Assembly (NCBI GenBank): GCA_963797095.1
Contig: CAWCNY010000004.1
Location: 32,001 to 96,000, forward strand
Reading direction: 5' to 3'
Origin: an uncultured Chloroflexia bacterium
Lineage (GTDB): Bacteria > Chloroflexota > Chloroflexia > QHBQ01 > JADMIH01
DNA: 64,000 nt
This document shows, piece after piece, positions 18,102-28,343 of this stretch. The position numbers and the translations under genes were made by a program. The notes below the pieces were generated by a model. That model searched no databases and was not told where the DNA came from. It saw only the letters and a list, made by a program, of their open reading frames with translations. Every line of letters begins with the position of its first letter. Positions within the stretch are counted from its first letter, which is position 1.

Positions 18102-18899
18102 ATGACTTATCAATATCTACTTGTATCGACTGCTGACAGCGTTTGCCGCGTGGTCCTGAACCGCCCTGACGTGCATAACGCATTCAACCGCGAACTTATC
18201 AAGGAACTGACCGTTGCTTTTGCGGAGATCGCGGGGTTGCCAGTGGGCGAGGTGCGAGCGGTTGTACTTTCAGGTGCAGGGAAGTCGTTTTGCGCGGGCG
18301 CTGACGTGAATTGGATGCGTGCGTGCCTCGATTACACTCGTGAGGAGAATGTCGCAGATGCACTGGCGATGGCCCGGATGTTCGATGTAATCGATAGATG
18401 TCCGGTGCCGGTGATCGGGCGGATTCATGGTGCGGCACTTGGGGGAGGCGCGGGCCTGGCAGCAGTGTGCGATATTGTGGTGGCTTCTGAGGAGACGCGA
18501 TTTGCTTTTTCGGAGGCGAAACTGGGGATCGCGCCGTCGGTGATATCGCCTTATGTGCTGGCAAAGATCGGGCGCGGTCATGCGCGTGCGCTCTTCGTGA
18601 CCGCCGAGCGATTTGGTATAGAAAGGGCGTTGCGTATCGGGTTGGTGCATGTGCAAGCTGAAACGGGCGCATTGGATATTGAGGTGGATAGGGTGGCCAA
18701 GGAGATTCGGTCGAGCGCGCCGGGTGCCATATCGACTATAAAGTCGCTCATTTCCTCTGTGCCTGGACTTGGTCCCGACGAGGCAATGCAATTCACCGCC
18801 GAGACAATCGCCGCGCTCAGGGTAGGGGAGGAAGGACAGGCGGGTTTGCGGGCCTTCCTGGATAAGAGGGCCGCGCCCTGGATCGAAGATCAGGCTTAA
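18102..18899 (+). CDS. liuC: Methylglutaconyl-CoA hydratase (crotonase family)
   Basis: NRPDVHNAFN, FCAGAD, ALGGG, FSEAKLGIAP; lies between the MCC subunits. Confidence 0.82.
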   Translation: MTYQYLLVSTADSVCRVVLNRPDVHNAFNRELIKELTVAFAEIAGLPVGEVRAVVLSGAGKSFCAGADVNWMRACLDYTREENVADALAMARMFDVIDRCPVPVIGRIHGAALGGGAGLAAVCDIVVASEETRFAFSEAKLGIAPSVISPYVLAKIGRGHARALFVTAERFGIERALRIGLVHVQAETGALDIEVDRVAKEIRSSAPGAISTIKSLISSVPGLGPDEAMQFTAETIAALRVGEEGQAGLRAFLDKRAAPWIEDQA

Positions 18900-20953
18900 T
18901 GACGATGCCGTTTCACAAGCTACTGATAGCCAATCGCGGAGAGATCGCCGTCAGGATCGCGCGTGCTTGCCGCGAGCTTGGTATCACTTCAGTGGCCGTG
19001 TATTCAGAGGCAGATCGTGATGCACTCCATGTGCGGGCATGCGACGAAGCACATTATGTTGGCCCGGCGCAGGCAAATGAAAGCTATCTGCGCGGGGATG
19101 TGATTATCGAGGTGGCCCGCAAGGCTGCCTGCGACGCCCTTCACCCCGGCTTTGGATTTTTGTCAGAGAACGCGGATTTCGCGCGACGAGTGATCGAGGC
19201 GGGCATCACATGGGTTGGACCTTCGCCGGAAGCTATTCGGTTGATGGGTTCAAAGATCGAGGCGAAGAAGATCGCCGTGCGGGCGGGCGTGCCTGTGGTG
19301 CCCGGATATTTCGGAGACGAGCAATCGAGCGCGGGTTTGGAGGCAGAAGCGAAAACGATAGGGTTTCCGGTGCTTATCAAGGCATCGGCGGGTGGGGGCG
19401 GCAAAGGGATGCGGGTGGTCGAGCGACCCGAAGAGTTCGTGGAAGGATTGGAGGGGGCTCAACGGGAGGCGAAGGCGGCCTTTGGCGATGCGACTGTGAT
19501 GTTGGAGAAATATCTCACCGAGCCACGACACATAGAGGTGCAAGTGTTGGGGGATAACTTGGGGCATATGATTCATCTTGGGGAGAGGGAATGTTCGATC
19601 CAGCGTCGCCACCAGAAGGTTATGGAAGAGTCACCATCGCCGGTGGTCACGCCGGAACTTCGTGAGAAAATAACGCGAGCAGCGGTGTCGCTGGCAAAGG
19701 CAGCGGGGTATTCCAATGCTGGCACGGTGGAATTTATTTACCAGGACGGTGAGTTCTACTTTCTGGAGATGAATACGCGGTTGCAGGTGGAGCATACGGT
19801 TACTGAAGAAGCGCTTGATATAGACCTGGTGGAAGCGCAATTGAGAATAGCGGCAGGCGAGCAGCTTTGGATCGCTCAGGATGAGGTTGAGTTTGTCGGC
19901 GCGGCTATTGAGGTGCGACTTTACGCAGAAGACCCTGAGCGCGGTTTCTTGCCGTCGACGGGGAGGATCACGCAGCTTGAAATGCCGTTCGCTGAGCGAG
20001 ACGTGAGGATCGATGCGGGAGTGACGCTTGGCGATAGTATCACTCCATATTATGACCCGATGATCGCCAAGATCATCACTTCGGGCGACACGCGGGCGGC
20101 AGCTTTGCTGCGGATGCAGGAAGTTCTGGGTGGCTTGAGCGTTGGGGGAGTGAGGACAAACCTCGACTTTCTGCGATGGCTGGTAAGCCACCCGCAGGTG
20201 GAGATGGGCAACCTCTCTACCAGGTTCATCGAGCGGTATTACAGGCCGGGAGCGTTCGTCCTAGCACCTGTCCAGGTTATACTGGCGGGTGGATCGGTGC
20301 TTTTGCTTTCGGAGGATTACGGCGAGCCGGGAGTACCACCAATAGGAGTTTGGCAGGCCAACGCCTGGCGCATGGCCGGGCAGCGGCTCGATGCCACATT
20401 GATGATCGAGGGGCACCCATATGGTGTGTCTTTGTCTCGTTCAGGGTTCGACAATGCGGAATGGCGCTCGGAAATCAGGCAGGGGGACACGATCCTCTTG
20501 GAGCAAGAGGTGCGGTTGATTTTGAGACCGCAGCCTGATGTCTCCACGCATTTCGATAAGGTGGCGCCGGTTGTGCAGGTTGCGCTGCCGGGAGAACCGC
20601 TCCATTCGATTGAGTATGGCTGGGGACCGGATGATGTTGTGTCGATAATCTGGGAAGGGCGCGAGTACCTGGTGAGGTCGGCACCGCCCCTGTCTACCGA
20701 ACGGCTCGAAAGGTCGGTACATTTGCAGGACGAGGATACGCTTGAGAGTCCCATGCCTGGGAAGGTGTTGCGTGTGCTGGTTTCGCCGGGAGAGCAGGTC
20801 AGCGAGGAGCAGGCGCTTGTCATCATTGAAGCTATGAAAATGGAGTTTACCGTACGAGCGCCGCATGATGGACGGGTGGTTGTTGTAAAATATGGGGAAG
20901 GTGATCAGGTGGCGGCGGGTGATGTACTGGTGGAGTTGGACAAACACGAATGA
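18899..20953 (+). CDS. liuD: Acyl-CoA (methylcrotonyl-CoA) carboxylase alpha subunit, BC + BCCP
   Basis: LIANRGEIA, RECSIQRRHQK, EMNTRLQVEH, C-terminal EAMKME. Confidence 0.85.
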   Translation: MTMPFHKLLIANRGEIAVRIARACRELGITSVAVYSEADRDALHVRACDEAHYVGPAQANESYLRGDVIIEVARKAACDALHPGFGFLSENADFARRVIEAGITWVGPSPEAIRLMGSKIEAKKIAVRAGVPVVPGYFGDEQSSAGLEAEAKTIGFPVLIKASAGGGGKGMRVVERPEEFVEGLEGAQREAKAAFGDATVMLEKYLTEPRHIEVQVLGDNLGHMIHLGERECSIQRRHQKVMEESPSPVVTPELREKITRAAVSLAKAAGYSNAGTVEFIYQDGEFYFLEMNTRLQVEHTVTEEALDIDLVEAQLRIAAGEQLWIAQDEVEFVGAAIEVRLYAEDPERGFLPSTGRITQLEMPFAERDVRIDAGVTLGDSITPYYDPMIAKIITSGDTRAAALLRMQEVLGGLSVGGVRTNLDFLRWLVSHPQVEMGNLSTRFIERYYRPGAFVLAPVQVILAGGSVLLLSEDYGEPGVPPIGVWQANAWRMAGQRLDATLMIEGHPYGVSLSRSGFDNAEWRSEIRQGDTILLEQEVRLILRPQPDVSTHFDKVAPVVQVALPGEPLHSIEYGWGPDDVVSIIWEGREYLVRSAPPLSTERLERSVHLQDEDTLESPMPGKVLRVLVSPGEQVSEEQALVIIEAMKMEFTVRAPHDGRVVVVKYGEGDQVAAGDVLVELDKHE

Positions 20954-20975
20954 GTAGCTACCTGTGGCTTAAATA

Positions 20976-21890
20976 ATGATCAATGTACCTGAGAAAATAA
21001 GGATCTATGAGGTTGGCCCGCGGGACGGCCTTCAGAACGAGCAGACGCCGGTGCCAACAGAGGTGAAGATAAGGTACGTCGACATGCTGACTGATGCGGG
21101 GTTGAAGGTCATCGAAGCAACTTCGTTTGTAAGCCCTAAGGCGATTCCGCAACTGGCAGACGCGAGTGAAGTTATAGCCGGAATAACGCGCAGGGAAGGA
21201 GTCCGATATCCGGTGCTTGTGCCGAACGAACGGGGGATGATGAGGGCGATTGAGGCCGGGGTACAAGAGGTGGCAGTATTCACAGCGGCGTCTGAGAGCT
21301 TTACGCTGGCGAACATAAAAAGCAGCATTGCTCAGTCACTTGAGAACTTCCGACCTGTAATGGCGCTGGCACGTGAAAGGTCAATTCGCGTGCGCGGGTA
21401 TGTCAGTACGGCGCTTGGGTGCCCCTACGAAGGTGCAGTACCGGCGGGGAAGGTGGCGGAGGTGGCTCACTCGCTAATCGATTTGGGCGTGGAAGAAGTG
21501 TCGATAGGAGACACAATTGGCGTGGGGACGCCCGGCGATGTTGAAAGAGTGTTTGGAGTGCTATTGGAGACGATTCCGGCAGAGCGGATTGCCGCGCATT
21601 TTCACGACACGCGGGGGACGGCGCTTGCAAATGTACTCACAGCCATGCAAATGGGGATAACTATTTACGATTCGTCATCAGGGGGGCTTGGGGGTTGCCC
21701 TTATGCACCGGGCGCTTCGGGAAACCTGGCAACCGAGGACCTGGTTTACATGCTGGATGGAATGGGGGTCGAGAGCGGGGTTGACCTTGCAAAAGTGGCG
21801 GAAGCATCGCTGTTTGTGTTGCTGGCGCTGGGGAAGGCACCCGCCAGCAGGTATCTGCAATCGTATGTAGCGAACCGGAGAGCGGCGTGA
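20976..21890 (+). CDS. liuE: Hydroxymethylglutaryl-CoA lyase
   Basis: EVGPRDGLQNE, HFHDTRG, GGLGGCPYAPGASGN. Confidence 0.92.
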   Translation: MINVPEKIRIYEVGPRDGLQNEQTPVPTEVKIRYVDMLTDAGLKVIEATSFVSPKAIPQLADASEVIAGITRREGVRYPVLVPNERGMMRAIEAGVQEVAVFTAASESFTLANIKSSIAQSLENFRPVMALARERSIRVRGYVSTALGCPYEGAVPAGKVAEVAHSLIDLGVEEVSIGDTIGVGTPGDVERVFGVLLETIPAERIAAHFHDTRGTALANVLTAMQMGITIYDSSSGGLGGCPYAPGASGNLATEDLVYMLDGMGVESGVDLAKVAEASLFVLLALGKAPASRYLQSYVANRRAA

Positions 21891-21929
21891 CTATGTGTTG
21901 TGGTGGGATGACCAGAAGGGGAGTGGCTT

Positions 21930-23477
21930 GTGCCTAAAGTAAGCAAGATTCTGATAGCGAACCGGGGTGAAATTGCCTTGAGATTGGTGCGCGCGTGCGC
22001 CGAAGTGGGGATACAGTCGGTGGCAGTCTATTCCGAAGCGGATCGGACCTCGTTGCACGTGAGGGAAGCGGACGAAGCGTACTCCATAGGGCCAGCGCCG
22101 TCACGAGATTCCTACTTGCGGAGTGACAAACTGCTGGAAGTGGCCCGGAGGTCGAGGGCGGACGCTGTGCACCCGGGATTCGGATTCCTGGCAGAAAACG
22201 CAGATTTCGCACAGGCGGTGATTGATGCGGGGCTGGTGTGGGTCGGACCGCCTCCAAGCGCGATGCGGCTGCTTGGGGATAAGCTTACGGCGCGCCAGAC
22301 GGCGCAGGCGGCAGGGGTGCCGATCGTGCCCGGAAGCGACGTAGCGGTCGACAATGTTGAGCAGGCGTTGACTGTGGCGGAGAGGATCGGCTTTCCGGTG
22401 CTGATTAAGGCATCGGCGGGTGGTGGTGGCAAGGGGATGCGGGTGGTGCGGAACGCAGCGGAACTGGAGGGAGCTTTGCGCAACGCGCAGAGCGAAGCGC
22501 AATCATCGTTCGGCTCGGGGGTGGTCTATTTTGAGAAGTACCTTGAACATGTGCGGCACGTGGAGATTCAGATACTTGGCGATCGTCACGGCAACGTAAT
22601 ACACCTGGGGGAGCGCGAGTGCTCGATCCAGCGCCGCCACCAGAAGTTGATCGAGGAATCGCCATCGCCTGTTGTGAGCGCTGAGTTACGAGAGCGCATG
22701 GGGGCGGTGGCCGTGGCGGCGGCCAAAGCAGCCGGATATACGTCGGCAGGTACGGTGGAATTCTTGCTGGATAGGGAGGGCAACTTCTATTTTCTTGAGG
22801 TCAATACACGGTTGCAGGTGGAACATCCGGTTACAGAGTTGGTGACCGGGATCGACATCGTGCTTGAGCAGTTTCGCGTTGCGTCGGGCCGCCCGCTCAG
22901 GATCAAGCAAAGTGATGTTCAACTGAGAGGGCACGCGATCGAGTGCCGGGTGGCTGCCGAAGACCCGTTCAACAACTTCGCGCCGTCTCTTGGAACGATA
23001 ACGGCAGCCGACGAGCCGGGCGGACCAGGCGTGCGCGTGGATAGCAGCATATACAGGGGCGGAAAGGTATCGATCTACTATGATCCGATGATCGCGAAGG
23101 TGATCGTGTGGGCACCAACTCGCGCGCATGCGATATTGCGCATGCGACGGGCACTTGAAGAATATCGCATTGTGGGCGTGCACACCAACATACCTTTCCA
23201 CCTGGCGGTGCTCAATTCGATCGATTTCCAACGCGGTCGAGTAGACACCCGTTTTGTAGAGCGATTCATGGAACACGGTTGGCGCGCACAGCGCGGAGGG
23301 AACGGGACCGCGCGGGAGTACGAGGAAGTGGCCGCGATTGTGGGGGCGCTCGTGGTCGATCAGAAGAAGCTGGCCGGCGGGGCAGTTTCGACGCAGGCCG
23401 ATTCGCCTAATGGAGCAGAACGTAATGGCGATGGAGGTAATTGGCGGAACGCAGGGCGACGGCAGGCGCTGCGCTAA
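21930..23477 (+). CDS. Biotin carboxylase subunit (acetyl/propionyl-CoA carboxylase type)
   Basis: ILIANRGEIA, GGGGKGMR, EVNTRLQVEH; no BCCP domain. Confidence 0.9.
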   Translation: MPKVSKILIANRGEIALRLVRACAEVGIQSVAVYSEADRTSLHVREADEAYSIGPAPSRDSYLRSDKLLEVARRSRADAVHPGFGFLAENADFAQAVIDAGLVWVGPPPSAMRLLGDKLTARQTAQAAGVPIVPGSDVAVDNVEQALTVAERIGFPVLIKASAGGGGKGMRVVRNAAELEGALRNAQSEAQSSFGSGVVYFEKYLEHVRHVEIQILGDRHGNVIHLGERECSIQRRHQKLIEESPSPVVSAELRERMGAVAVAAAKAAGYTSAGTVEFLLDREGNFYFLEVNTRLQVEHPVTELVTGIDIVLEQFRVASGRPLRIKQSDVQLRGHAIECRVAAEDPFNNFAPSLGTITAADEPGGPGVRVDSSIYRGGKVSIYYDPMIAKVIVWAPTRAHAILRMRRALEEYRIVGVHTNIPFHLAVLNSIDFQRGRVDTRFVERFMEHGWRAQRGGNGTAREYEEVAAIVGALVVDQKKLAGGAVSTQADSPNGAERNGDGGNWRNAGRRQALR

Positions 23478-23488
23478 GGCAATAATCA

Positions 23489-24034
23489 GTGAAGTATTAC
23501 GTACAGCATGAGCAAAGAGAATTCGGGATTGAGGTCCTGCATAGCGAAGCGGGAACTGTGGTGCGGCTGCTCGGCAGCGATCACGACGGTGCGGGGCACG
23601 ATGCGCTGGTCGATTTCGCACCCGTGCAGTGCAATGTTGACACAGGTGAGGGGCTTTACTCGATTATTGCTGACGGTAAGAGCTACCAGCTATTTGTTGA
23701 GCCTGTTGAAGGGGGCTTCCGAATGATGTTGGCACGACATCGCTTCGACATGCACGTGATGACCGAGCGTGAATGGCGACTGAACAAGGTCGCACCGAGG
23801 CAGGGGCTCCAAACCGGTGCAGTGACGGTCAATTCGCCTATGCCTGGGCTGGTAAAGGGCGTAATGGTGGGGGTAGGGGATGTGGTTGCAGCCGGGCAGA
23901 GTCTGATCGTGCTGGAAGCTATGAAAATGGAGAATGATATAGCTTCGCCGCGCGCCGGACAGATTACCGCCGTGCATGTACAACCCGGAACAGTGGTTGA
24001 AGGCGGCAAGCCTCTGATTTCGATCGAGTCTTAG
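23489..24034 (+). CDS. Biotin carboxyl carrier protein
   Basis: SPMPG...LEAMKMEN biotinylation motif. Confidence 0.9.
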   Translation: MKYYVQHEQREFGIEVLHSEAGTVVRLLGSDHDGAGHDALVDFAPVQCNVDTGEGLYSIIADGKSYQLFVEPVEGGFRMMLARHRFDMHVMTEREWRLNKVAPRQGLQTGAVTVNSPMPGLVKGVMVGVGDVVAAGQSLIVLEAMKMENDIASPRAGQITAVHVQPGTVVEGGKPLISIES

Positions 24035-24124
24035 GGTACAGCCGCCCGGTGTGGTCGGATACAGGGCCTGGGCCGCAGCTCCGCCGATTGCTGCGCGCGT
24101 GGCCGGATCGAGTGAGGAGACCCG

Positions 24125-25765
24125 ATGACAGAGGGAAAGGAACAATGGGAGGAGAAAGTGCTCAAGCCAGCGATAAACAGGTGGCCTGAGCGCTCTGAGG
24201 GCTTTGCCTCTGCCTCCGGTATCGAGGTGGAGAGGCTATACACGACGCAGGACATTGCCGAACTGGACTATGAGCAAGACCTGGGCTATCCGGGGCAGTT
24301 TCCGTTCACGAGGGGCGTGCAGCCTACAATGTATCGCGGCAGGCTGTGGACGATGAGACAGTACGCGGGATATGGCACTGCCGAGGAGTCAAATGGCAGG
24401 TACAGATATTTGCTGGCACAGGGACAGACCGGATTGTCAGTGGCGTTTGACCTGCCTACGCAGATGGGATACGACAGCGACCATCCTCTTGCGGAAGGAG
24501 AAGTCGGCAAGGTGGGTGTGGCAATTTGCTCGCGGTATGATATGGAAACGCTGCTGGCGGGGCTGCCGTTGGACAAGGTCAGCACTTCCATGACCATCAA
24601 CGCGACCGCGCCGATTCTGCTTGCGCTCTACATTGCCGTGGCTCGGAAGCGTGGCATCGCTGAAGGCGATCTGAGCGGGACGGTTCAGAACGATATTCTC
24701 AAGGAGTATATAGCACGGGGCACTTATATTTACCCGGTCGGGCCATCAATGCGGCTGGTGGGCGACGTAATCGACTATTGCGCAAGGAACTTGCCCCGAT
24801 GGAATCCGATTTCGATCAGTGGCTACCATATCAGGGAGGCGGGGTCGACTGCCCCACAGGAAGTGGCCTTTACCCTGGCAAATGCAATCGCTTATGTTGA
24901 AGAGGTGAGCCGCCGGGGAATAGCTGTTGATAGCTTCGCTCGGCAACTGGCGTTCTTTTTCAATGCTCACAGCGATTTTTTCGAGGAGATCGCTAAGTAC
25001 CGAGCAGCGCGGCGCCTGTGGGCGCGCCTTATGCGTGAGAGGTTTCACGCTAAGAACCCGCAGTCTATGATGCTGCGCTTTCACACACAGACAGCGGGGT
25101 CATCACTTACCGCCCAGCAGCCCCAGAACAACGTGATACGGGTGGCACTTCAGGCTTTGTCGGCGGTGCTGGGGGGCACACAATCGCTGCATACGAACTC
25201 GCTCGATGAAGCATTGGCGCTGCCGACCGAGGAGGCTGCGCGCACGGCGCTACGGACGCAGCAGATAATTGCATACGAAACTGGGGTGGCCTCGACCATC
25301 GATCCACTTGCTGGGTCGTACTATCTGGAGACGCTTACGACCTCGATCGAGCAGGCAGCGGAGAACTATATCGAGCGGATCGATGCGCTGGGCGGCACCA
25401 TCACCGCGATTGAGGCCGGGTACCAACAAACCGAGATACAGGAAGCCGCGTACACATGGCAAAGGCAGGTGGACGCCGGGGAGCGCACGATCGTGGGTGT
25501 AAACAGGTTCACGATGGCTGAAGAGACCCAACTTGAGCTATTACGTGTGGACCCGGCTCTCCAGCCAAGGCAGATAGAGCGATTGCGGGCCCTACGCGAA
25601 GAACGGGATGACGAGGCGGTGCGCGGAGCACTAGTGCGGCTTACGAACGCAGCGGGTACAGATGGTAACGTCATGCCTTTGATCGTCGATTGCGTGGAGC
25701 AACTTTGCACGCTCGGCGAAATAAGCGATGCAATGCGGAAGGTTTTCGGCACTTATGATGGCTGA
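24125..25765 (+). CDS. Methylmalonyl-CoA mutase, substrate-binding (large) subunit
   Basis: [13 protein letters not shown] (Tyr), [13 protein letters not shown] (Arg), SGYHIREAG. Tyr/Arg indicate MCM rather than isobutyryl-CoA mutase. No DxHxxG B12 domain. Confidence 0.9.
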   Translation: MTEGKEQWEEKVLKPAINRWPERSEGFASASGIEVERLYTTQDIAELDYEQDLGYPGQFPFTRGVQPTMYRGRLWTMRQYAGYGTAEESNGRYRYLLAQGQTGLSVAFDLPTQMGYDSDHPLAEGEVGKVGVAICSRYDMETLLAGLPLDKVSTSMTINATAPILLALYIAVARKRGIAEGDLSGTVQNDILKEYIARGTYIYPVGPSMRLVGDVIDYCARNLPRWNPISISGYHIREAGSTAPQEVAFTLANAIAYVEEVSRRGIAVDSFARQLAFFFNAHSDFFEEIAKYRAARRLWARLMRERFHAKNPQSMMLRFHTQTAGSSLTAQQPQNNVIRVALQALSAVLGGTQSLHTNSLDEALALPTEEAARTALRTQQIIAYETGVASTIDPLAGSYYLETLTTSIEQAAENYIERIDALGGTITAIEAGYQQTEIQEAAYTWQRQVDAGERTIVGVNRFTMAEETQLELLRVDPALQPRQIERLRALREERDDEAVRGALVRLTNAAGTDGNVMPLIVDCVEQLCTLGEISDAMRKVFGTYDG

Positions 25766-25774
25766 GGACGTGGC

Positions 25775-27478
25775 CTAACCTGAGAGGGTTTGGGCACCGC
25801 GCCCTATTTCGGCGTAGTAGCTTTCGGTCGCGGCTCGGGCATCGTCAAGGGTAACGGGAACGAATTCGAGAGACACGCCGGGTGATGCCTGTGCGATCAA
25901 GGGCATGTCGGCCCGGACGACCACGCCCAGTATTGGATAGCCACCGGTGGTCTGGCAATCGGGGCCAAGTATCAGCGGCTCACCAGCGTGGGGAAGCTGA
26001 ATCGTGCCCGGCACTACTCCGAAAGACGCAAGCTCCCTTGTGGTTGTTGCCAGACGAATTCCTTGTGAGGATTTGAGGCGCAGACCCATTCTGTCTGATT
26101 GTGGTGCTACCTCCCATGCGTGCTCGATGAAAGTATGCTGCGCAGTTGGTTGCGCAGCCTGCGGTCCAGTGTATGTGGTGAAGCGTATCTGGTTTGGCTT
26201 ATGGGATATGTCGCTAGTGTGGCCCAACCAGTAGTGGCCCGCCATCGAACCTGAATTGCCCCTTGGATCGATAATGCCGAGCACATCACGCGACTGAACC
26301 GGACGCCCTGCCTGACCGCCAAAGCGTGCAAGTAAGGATGTTGAGCGCGAACCGAGGACCAGCGGCACATCGAAGCCACCGCTTACGGCCAGGTACGAGC
26401 GATAGCCGTGATTGGCCGTAAGCGGTGGCTTCGATGTGCCGGAGTTGAAACGAAGGATCGTGCCTGCGCGGACGAACCAGGACAACCGAGGTGGAATGAG
26501 TACCGTGTCGGCACGACACTGGAAGTCCGCGCCGTCAATCGCGATAGTCAGGTTGCGCAGTACGCGAAGGGTTGGTCCGCCGAGGGCCAATTCCAGGACA
26601 GCAGAAGATGGCTCGTTGCCAACCAGTAGATTAGCTCTTTGCGCCGCGCCGAGGTCGAAGGCACCGTTTTGACCGACGCCCAGGTGCATGAAGCCAGACC
26701 TTCCGAGGTCCTGAATCAGGCCCATGCCGCCAGTTTGAACAACCTCCAGTGCAGGGAGCGTAGGAGTGGGAATGATGGACGGTGGCTCCTGCGGTGGCGG
26801 CTCATACCGACTCTCGACGAATTGGACGGTATCGCCGGGGGCTAAGCGGGCGGGGTTGGGAGAGCCGTGATCCCACACCTTGAGGCCAGTGCGCCCTATG
26901 ATGCGCCAGCCACCGGGGCTGCTGAACGGATAGATGCCCGTTTGGAAGCCCGCAATGCCGACCGACCCGGCGGGCACCCGCGTTCGTGGAGTTTGCAGCC
27001 TGGGTATGGGACGACGACGAGGAAAGCGCGCCATGTAGGCGAAGCCGGGCAGAAAGCCGATAAATGCGATTTGAAACGGTCGCCTCGTGTGTGCCCGAAC
27101 TATGTCATGTGGCTCGACCCCCAGTTGGACCGCGAGATCGTCAAGGTCCATACCCGAGTCGCCGCCATATTGTACGGGGACGACATGGTGCTTGCTTTGA
27201 TTGAGGCCAGGGCTATCGGCAAGTAAGTCGGCTTCAATCGCAGAGTTGAGCCAGTTGAGCAAGACCGGCTCTTGCAACCGGCGGTTGTCGAAGAGTACAA
27301 GGAGGCTTGAGTAGCCTGGGACAAGATCGCCCACACCTTCAAGCAGGTCTTCGCGCAAAGATCGAGTTACCCTATGAATGTGGCTGTTGGTGCGCAGGCT
27401 GAAGCGGTTGCCCCATGTCAGCAATAGGGCCGCTTCGCCTAGATAGGAAATGGAAGGAGCCGGAGTGCTAGCGACCAT
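25775..27478 (-). CDS. pxpBC: 5-oxoprolinase PxpB-PxpC fusion (KipI/KipA)
   Basis: GFLPGFAY, SPGGWRIIGRT (PxpB); QDLGR, SDRMGLRL, QTTGGYP (PxpC). Confidence 0.88.
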   Translation of the reverse strand: MVASTPAPSISYLGEAALLLTWGNRFSLRTNSHIHRVTRSLREDLLEGVGDLVPGYSSLLVLFDNRRLQEPVLLNWLNSAIEADLLADSPGLNQSKHHVVPVQYGGDSGMDLDDLAVQLGVEPHDIVRAHTRRPFQIAFIGFLPGFAYMARFPRRRPIPRLQTPRTRVPAGSVGIAGFQTGIYPFSSPGGWRIIGRTGLKVWDHGSPNPARLAPGDTVQFVESRYEPPPQEPPSIIPTPTLPALEVVQTGGMGLIQDLGRSGFMHLGVGQNGAFDLGAAQRANLLVGNEPSSAVLELALGGPTLRVLRNLTIAIDGADFQCRADTVLIPPRLSWFVRAGTILRFNSGTSKPPLTANHGYRSYLAVSGGFDVPLVLGSRSTSLLARFGGQAGRPVQSRDVLGIIDPRGNSGSMAGHYWLGHTSDISHKPNQIRFTTYTGPQAAQPTAQHTFIEHAWEVAPQSDRMGLRLKSSQGIRLATTTRELASFGVVPGTIQLPHAGEPLILGPDCQTTGGYPILGVVVRADMPLIAQASPGVSLEFVPVTLDDARAATESYYAEIGRGAQTLSG

Positions 27479-28244
27479 GCGAAGAGTTGGCGGGCGCCGC
27501 CAGGATATAGCCTTCGGAAGTCAAGGCGGCCCGAACCTCACGGGCGAAATCGGGGGCACCGGGAGTATCTCCGTGAACGCAAAGGGTTCCAACAGAAAGC
27601 TTGAGGAGCGATCCATCGCGACAGACGACTTCTCCACGCGCCAGCATCAGAGCCTGCCGCACGGCAGAGGCAGGATCAGAGGCCACAGCGCCCTGTTGCC
27701 GCCTATCAACAAGTGAGCCATTTGGCTCATATGCTCTATCGACAAAGCCTTCAGCGATAGTTTTCAAGCCACGTTCATGGCCCGCAGCCTCCAGATCAGA
27801 GGATGGTAGGCAATATAGGTACAAGTCTTTGGAGAAGGATGCTACCGCATCGGCGATGGGCTGTGCGACAGAAATGTCACGGCAGGCCACGTTGTATAGA
27901 GCGCCGTGCGGCTTGATGTGTGCCAACTCAAGGCCCACTGACCGCGCCACTCCCCAAAGCGCGCCGATTTGGTAAAGAACAAAGCCTCTTATCTCGTCTC
28001 CAGAGAGATTCATGGCGCGTCGTCCGAACCCCTGCAAGTCGGGGTAAGCCGGGTGCGCTCCTACTGAAACACCCCACTGCTTTGCAAGGTTAAGAGTTCG
28101 CAGCATGACAACGGGATCGCCAGCGTGGAGGCCACATGCCACATTGGCAGAGGTAATGTGCGGCATGATCTGGTCGTCGTTGCCCAGGCGCCAGGCACCG
28201 AAGCTTTCGCCCATATCACAATTGAAGTCGATTTGCCGCACCAA
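27468..28244 (-). CDS. pxpA: 5-oxoprolinase subunit A (LamB/YcsF)
   Basis: DFNCDMGESFG, ANVACGLHAGD, KPHGALYN, CVHGDTP. Confidence 0.93.
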   Translation of the reverse strand: MVRQIDFNCDMGESFGAWRLGNDDQIMPHITSANVACGLHAGDPVVMLRTLNLAKQWGVSVGAHPAYPDLQGFGRRAMNLSGDEIRGFVLYQIGALWGVARSVGLELAHIKPHGALYNVACRDISVAQPIADAVASFSKDLYLYCLPSSDLEAAGHERGLKTIAEGFVDRAYEPNGSLVDRRQQGAVASDPASAVRQALMLARGEVVCRDGSLLKLSVGTLCVHGDTPGAPDFAREVRAALTSEGYILAAPANSSHGR

Positions 28245-28343
28245 AGATGATCCTTTTGGAAAGTTTCGCCCGCGCGAGCGGGAAAGGCACTAGCGAAGCA
28301 TTGATGGTGCTATTGTACTCGATTGCGAAGGTAGAGCAAGTGG

